A stretch of 64,000 bases of DNA from an uncultured delta proteobacterium (lineage in GTDB: Bacteria; Desulfobacterota; Desulfobacteria; Desulfobacterales; JAFDCJ01). The notes below the pieces were generated by a model, which was not told the origin of the DNA, did not search any database, and saw nothing but the letters and a program-made list of their open reading frames with translations. How positions within the stretch are numbered: the stretch's first letter is position 1; each line of letters begins with the position of its first letter. Positions 60,315-64,000 of the stretch are shown piece by piece. Where the stretch lies: assembly GCA_963769935.1 (NCBI GenBank), contig CAVYNY010000015.1, forward strand, positions 64,001 through 128,000. The letters run 5' to 3'. Both the position numbers and the translations under genes were made by a program.

Positions 60315-61880
60315 CCTGTCAGCGTGGCCCGTCCCCAAATTTTCCAGCGCCTCTGCCGCCATGCGCTTCAGAGTCACGCGGTCCACCTTGCCCGTCGCAT
60401 TCAGCGGCATCTCGTCGAGGAAGATGACCTCTTCCGGCGCCTTGTAGCCGACGCGCGCGCGGGCGAATTGGATGAGATCCTGCATCGTGGGCCGCGGTCT
60501 CCCCCCGTCCAGCGTGACATAGGCGCGCACGTTTTCGCCGTGCCAGGGGCTTTGCACGCCAACGACGCCTGCAATGGCCACGGCGTCGTGTTCCAGCAGC
60601 GCGGCTTCCACCTCTTGCGGGCAAATGTTCGAGCCGTCGTGGATGATGATCTGCTTCTGGCGGCCTTGGAACCAAAGATAGCCGTCCTCGTCCGCGCTCA
60701 TCACGTCGCCGGTATCCAGCCAGCCATCGACGATCGTCTCGGCGGTCACCGCCGGATTGTTCCAATAGGCGACCATACTGCCGGGAAACTTGATCCAAAG
60801 ACGCCCGGGCGCGCCGTTCGGCTCCTCGCAGCCGTCCTTGCCGCGCAATGAGGCCTGGTAGCCGGGCGCGATGCGCCCGACAGAGCCGATCCTGGGCGAT
60901 TTTAGCGGATTGACGGCCGGAACGCCGATCTCGGTCATACCGTAGTCCTCGTCGATCGCGATGCCGGCAAGCGCGGCGAACTCCGCCTCAAGGGCCGCGG
61001 AAACCTTGTCGCCGCCCGAATAACACGCCTTGACCGAGGTGAAATCCGCGTGGCGGGCGCCGTGATCTTGAACCAGTGCATAGAGCGCTGAGGGAAGCAT
61101 CCACAGCTTGGTCGGCCGTTCGTTGCGCAGCAGCGGCAAGATCTCGTCGCCATCGAAGGTGCGCGCCATCACGACCCTGCCACCCGCAGCAAACGTCATC
61201 ATGGACAAGTGGTGCCCGCCGACATGTGATGCCGACCCGCCGGGCAGCATGACGTCGTCGGGACCCATCTCGAAGCTCCTGACGGCGCTCGCGATGATCC
61301 AGCCCAGCGTCTCGAAGCTGTGGCAGACCCCCTTTGGCTTGCCGGTGCTGCCCGACGTGAAGAAGATAATCGCTGGGTCTTCCAGCGTGGGCGGGGCGAA
61401 GTCGCGGGTCGGCTCGCCGTCGGTTAGCGATCTGAACGTTAAGCCGTCGCGTCCGCCATCGTCGTCATAGCTGATGCGGCCGAGTGGCAGTTTACCCGCA
61501 AGCTTGCTCGCGGCCAGGTCTTCGCGGCGCTCGTCATGGGCGAGCAGAATTCTCGCGCCGCAGACCTCGAGCGCATGGTCGATTTCCGGCGCCATGTACC
61601 GGTAGTTCAGTGGCACCGCGACAAGCCCGCACTTCATGCAGGCGAGATAATGGACCATAAGCTCCGTGCGATTCGGCATGAGCGATGCGATCCGATCGCC
61701 CGGCGATAGAAGGTCCAGGTAATTGCCGGCCAGACGGGTGGAAGCGGAATCGAGCATCCGCCAGGTCCAGCGGCGCCGGCGCGAAACGAGCGCGTCGGCA
61801 TCAGGTTTTGTGGCGAGCCCCTGCTTCAGTATCTCCGCGAGATTGAGAGGCCTGTCCAGCGGCGGTCCGACAATCGGCAT
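60309..61880 (-). CDS. AMP-binding acyl-CoA synthetase/ligase
   Basis: FTSGSTGKPKG, YGMTE, DTGD, NATGKV; visibly GC-richer than its flanks. Confidence 0.92.
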   Translation of the reverse strand: MPIVGPPLDRPLNLAEILKQGLATKPDADALVSRRRRWTWRMLDSASTRLAGNYLDLLSPGDRIASLMPNRTELMVHYLACMKCGLVAVPLNYRYMAPEIDHALEVCGARILLAHDERREDLAASKLAGKLPLGRISYDDDGGRDGLTFRSLTDGEPTRDFAPPTLEDPAIIFFTSGSTGKPKGVCHSFETLGWIIASAVRSFEMGPDDVMLPGGSASHVGGHHLSMMTFAAGGRVVMARTFDGDEILPLLRNERPTKLWMLPSALYALVQDHGARHADFTSVKACYSGGDKVSAALEAEFAALAGIAIDEDYGMTEIGVPAVNPLKSPRIGSVGRIAPGYQASLRGKDGCEEPNGAPGRLWIKFPGSMVAYWNNPAVTAETIVDGWLDTGDVMSADEDGYLWFQGRQKQIIIHDGSNICPQEVEAALLEHDAVAIAGVVGVQSPWHGENVRAYVTLDGGRPRPTMQDLIQFARARVGYKAPEEVIFLDEMPLNATGKVDRVTLKRMAAEALENLGTGHADRL

Positions 61881-61945
61881 GGTGATCCCTCCTGACAGAG
61901 TTGGTTACGAACGCATCGTGCTCCTCACAGTATCGAATAGAGTAT

Positions 61946-62151
61946 TAGGGTACGTTCCTCGAATTCTCGGATTTGTCCTCTTCCAAATTCTCCTGGGCGG
62001 CTTTTAGCTTTTAATACGTTCTCGACGAAAGCCCCCTCACAATGATATGATGCAGCACTCCAGGAGCGTCTACACAGGCTTTTCGAGGCATATCGAGCAG
62101 CTATCAAATAATTCGCACTTTATAAACCGTAAATCCGAGGAACGTCCCCTA
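61946..62151. mobile_element. MITE-like element with 20-bp terminal inverted repeats
   Basis: TAGGGTACGTTCCTCGAATT vs reverse complement TAGGGGACGTTCCTCGGATT (18/20); the interior weakly resembles a RAYT transposase. Confidence 0.7.
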
Positions 62152-62246
62152 TAGCTCCCTCCAATGTCGAATTTCATCCCGCGTAGCGGGAGTCCCATCG
62201 ACTTGAGTTTGACTCGGCCCGACATCCGCCTGGTTGGGCACCTTAC

Positions 62247-62410
62247 TTAAGGATTAGCATTATTGCCCTGTGAAATACTTGAGGAACTCCTTTCCAAAGC
62301 AATTTGTCTTGCAAGATATATCTTGGCTAAACTCTGGTAAGGAACATCTTTCTTATTTGATAGAATCTTCAGTTCTGCCAACATATCCTCGGGCAAAAAG
62401 ATCACTGAAA
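62247..62410 (-). pseudogene. CopG/BrnA-like antitoxin remnant
   Basis: LPEDMLAELKILSNKKDVPYQSLAKIYLA; followed by GCCCAAC (attC 5' end). Confidence 0.65.
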
Positions 62411-62486
62411 GAGTCCGATTTGCATCAGTTTTGCCAACTGCAGCCCCACATATGGCCCGCAGGACGGGAAATCGTGGCATGTCCGC

Positions 62487-64000
62487 TCAGCGCGACCAGA
62501 GATGACGCATGAAGGTCCGCGCTTCCGACAGCCCCAGGGCCCGTGCGATTGCGAAGTAGGCCAGCCCGAAAGGCACCAGCACAACGATCGCCGTCAGCAC
62601 CGGTGTGTGGAGCCCGAACCAGCGGTGCACCAGCCAGGCAATCCCGGCGGCGGAAAAAGCGGCCGTCCCGACTCTGGCCAGGTAGCCCCCGGCCAGGTAG
62701 ACGCGGCAGATCAGGAATCGGCGCAGCAGGTAAAACTCGACCCAGGAGGCAATCCCGGCCGAAACGGTCAAGCCGGCAGCACCCCAGCGCGGCGCGATAC
62801 CCAGAGCTGCGGGCAGGTGCAGGGCGAAAACGTAGCCAAGGATGCTGGTCAGCGCCACCCGCACGACGGCGAAGCGCAGCGGGGTGCGTGTATCGCGCAG
62901 GGCATAGTAGGCCGAAGCGTATAACCGGCCGCAGGTCGAGGCCAGCAGGCCGACCGTCGCACCGGCCAGGATGCTCCACACGTAGAGCACATCGGCGCGC
63001 GTAAATTGGCCGGTCTGATAAATGGCGGCCACGATAACATCGCCCAGCACCAGGAAAGCAGCCACCGAAGGCATCACGAAAAAGGCGATGCGGCGCAGGC
63101 CGGCATCGAGGCGTGCGCGTAGGGCGGCGATCACTTGCGTTTCGTCGCCCAGTTCTGCCGACATCAGGGGCAGTTCGGCCGCCGAAACCGACATGCCGAA
63201 CAGGCTGACCGGCAGGGTGTAAAGCGTTTGTGCGTATGCAAACGCGGCGACGGCCCCTGTGGGCAGCAGGCTGGCCAGCAGAGCGTCCACGTAGGCGCTG
63301 ATCTGGACCACTCCCCGTCCAACGAAAACGGGAAAGAAGTTGCGGATCACCGTCTTGACATGGTCCGCATGATAATCCAGGGACAGGTGCAGGCGGCGCA
63401 GCAGTTTGAGCACGACCGGCCATTGCACCCCCACCTGCAGCGCGCTGCCCGCAACCGAACCCCAGGCCAGGATCCGGGCCAGGGGAAACTGGGACCGGCC
63501 GCTGCCAAATATGAGTAAGGTGGCGATCATGGCCGCATTCCACACCACCGGCGCCGTGTAGGAGAGGAAAAAGCGGCGATGGCTGTTGAGGATCCCCAGG
63601 CACCAGGCCGAAAGGACCAACAGCCCAGCGCCGGGAAACAGGATGCGCACCAGACGGATGGTCAGTTCGCGCTTGGCGCCTGAAAAGCCCGGCGCGATCG
63701 CGTCGATCAGCAGCGGTGTGGCCAACACCCCGCTCAGTACCAAAATCGAGGTGGTCAGTGCCAACAAAGCCGCAATGGCGCCGGCCGTGCGGCGGGCATC
63801 TTCATCATTTCCACTGGCCAGCAGGCGGGCATAGACCGGGATGAAGGACGCCGACAGGACACCTTCGCCGAACAGATTCTGCAGGAAATTGGGAATGCGG
63901 AACGCGGCTTTGAACGCATCGGCCGCATCGGAGCTGCCGAAGTAATGGGCAAAGACCCGATCACGGATGAGCCCGGTGACGCGGCTTAAAAAAATACCGG
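62487..64000 (-). CDS. murJ: Lipid II flippase MurJ (5' end outside window)
   Basis: Open to the window edge: LSRVTGLIRD, AFRIPNFLQNLFGEG, YYALRDTRTP. Confidence 0.93.
   Translation of the reverse strand, partial: GIFLSRVTGLIRDRVFAHYFGSSDAADAFKAAFRIPNFLQNLFGEGVLSASFIPVYARLLASGNDEDARRTAGAIAALLALTTSILVLSGVLATPLLIDAIAPGFSGAKRELTIRLVRILFPGAGLLVLSAWCLGILNSHRRFFLSYTAPVVWNAAMIATLLIFGSGRSQFPLARILAWGSVAGSALQVGVQWPVVLKLLRRLHLSLDYHADHVKTVIRNFFPVFVGRGVVQISAYVDALLASLLPTGAVAAFAYAQTLYTLPVSLFGMSVSAAELPLMSAELGDETQVIAALRARLDAGLRRIAFFVMPSVAAFLVLGDVIVAAIYQTGQFTRADVLYVWSILAGATVGLLASTCGRLYASAYYALRDTRTPLRFAVVRVALTSILGYVFALHLPAALGIAPRWGAAGLTVSAGIASWVEFYLLRRFLICRVYLAGGYLARVGTAAFSAAGIAWLVHRWFGLHTPVLTAIVVLVPFGLAYFAIARALGLSEARTFMRHLWSR

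Noticed and set aside
62425..63603. Long alternative-frame and antisense ORFs (e.g. 392 aa over murJ, 316 aa antisense to the NuoF-like gene)
   Set aside because: Shadow ORFs of GC-rich coding sequence with no motifs
1..64000. tRNA, rRNA, riboswitch or integrase genes
   Set aside because: None recognised by eye; a covariance-model search would be needed to exclude them formally

Overview
Bacterial DNA whose gene content and intergenic repeats suggest a Desulfobacterales-like deltaproteobacterium (inference). 1-16 kb holds a rhomboid protease, citrate synthase, a sigma54-preceded CBS protein plus SLC13 transporter, a PhnS/Fe3+-type ABC transporter, a KH-domain protein and a NarL-type two-component pair. 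16-28.6 kb is a sensor/regulator pair followed by a cytoplasmic [NiFe]-hydrogenase operon of HydABC(D)+small/large type; its NuoF-like subunit is fused to a GltD-type FAD/NADPH domain. 28.6-41 kb is a sugar/polyol ABC uptake and catabolism cluster (DhaK/DhaL, FGGY kinase, BtpA/SgcQ, M29 peptidase, aldo-keto reductase). 41-62.5 kb is an accessory region with about 12 intact or eroded attC-like sites, all on the minus strand, with cassette-like genes, pseudogenes, TA remnants and RAYT/MITE remnants but no integrase. It also contains a 105-codon O6-alkylguanine-DNA alkyltransferase missed by the ORF track, whose catalytic Cys codon is an in-frame TGA followed by a SECIS-like hairpin (predicted selenoprotein). 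The window ends in murJ. Several single-base frameshifts in otherwise intact genes may be sequencing errors. All family assignments come from motif recognition by eye, not database searches.
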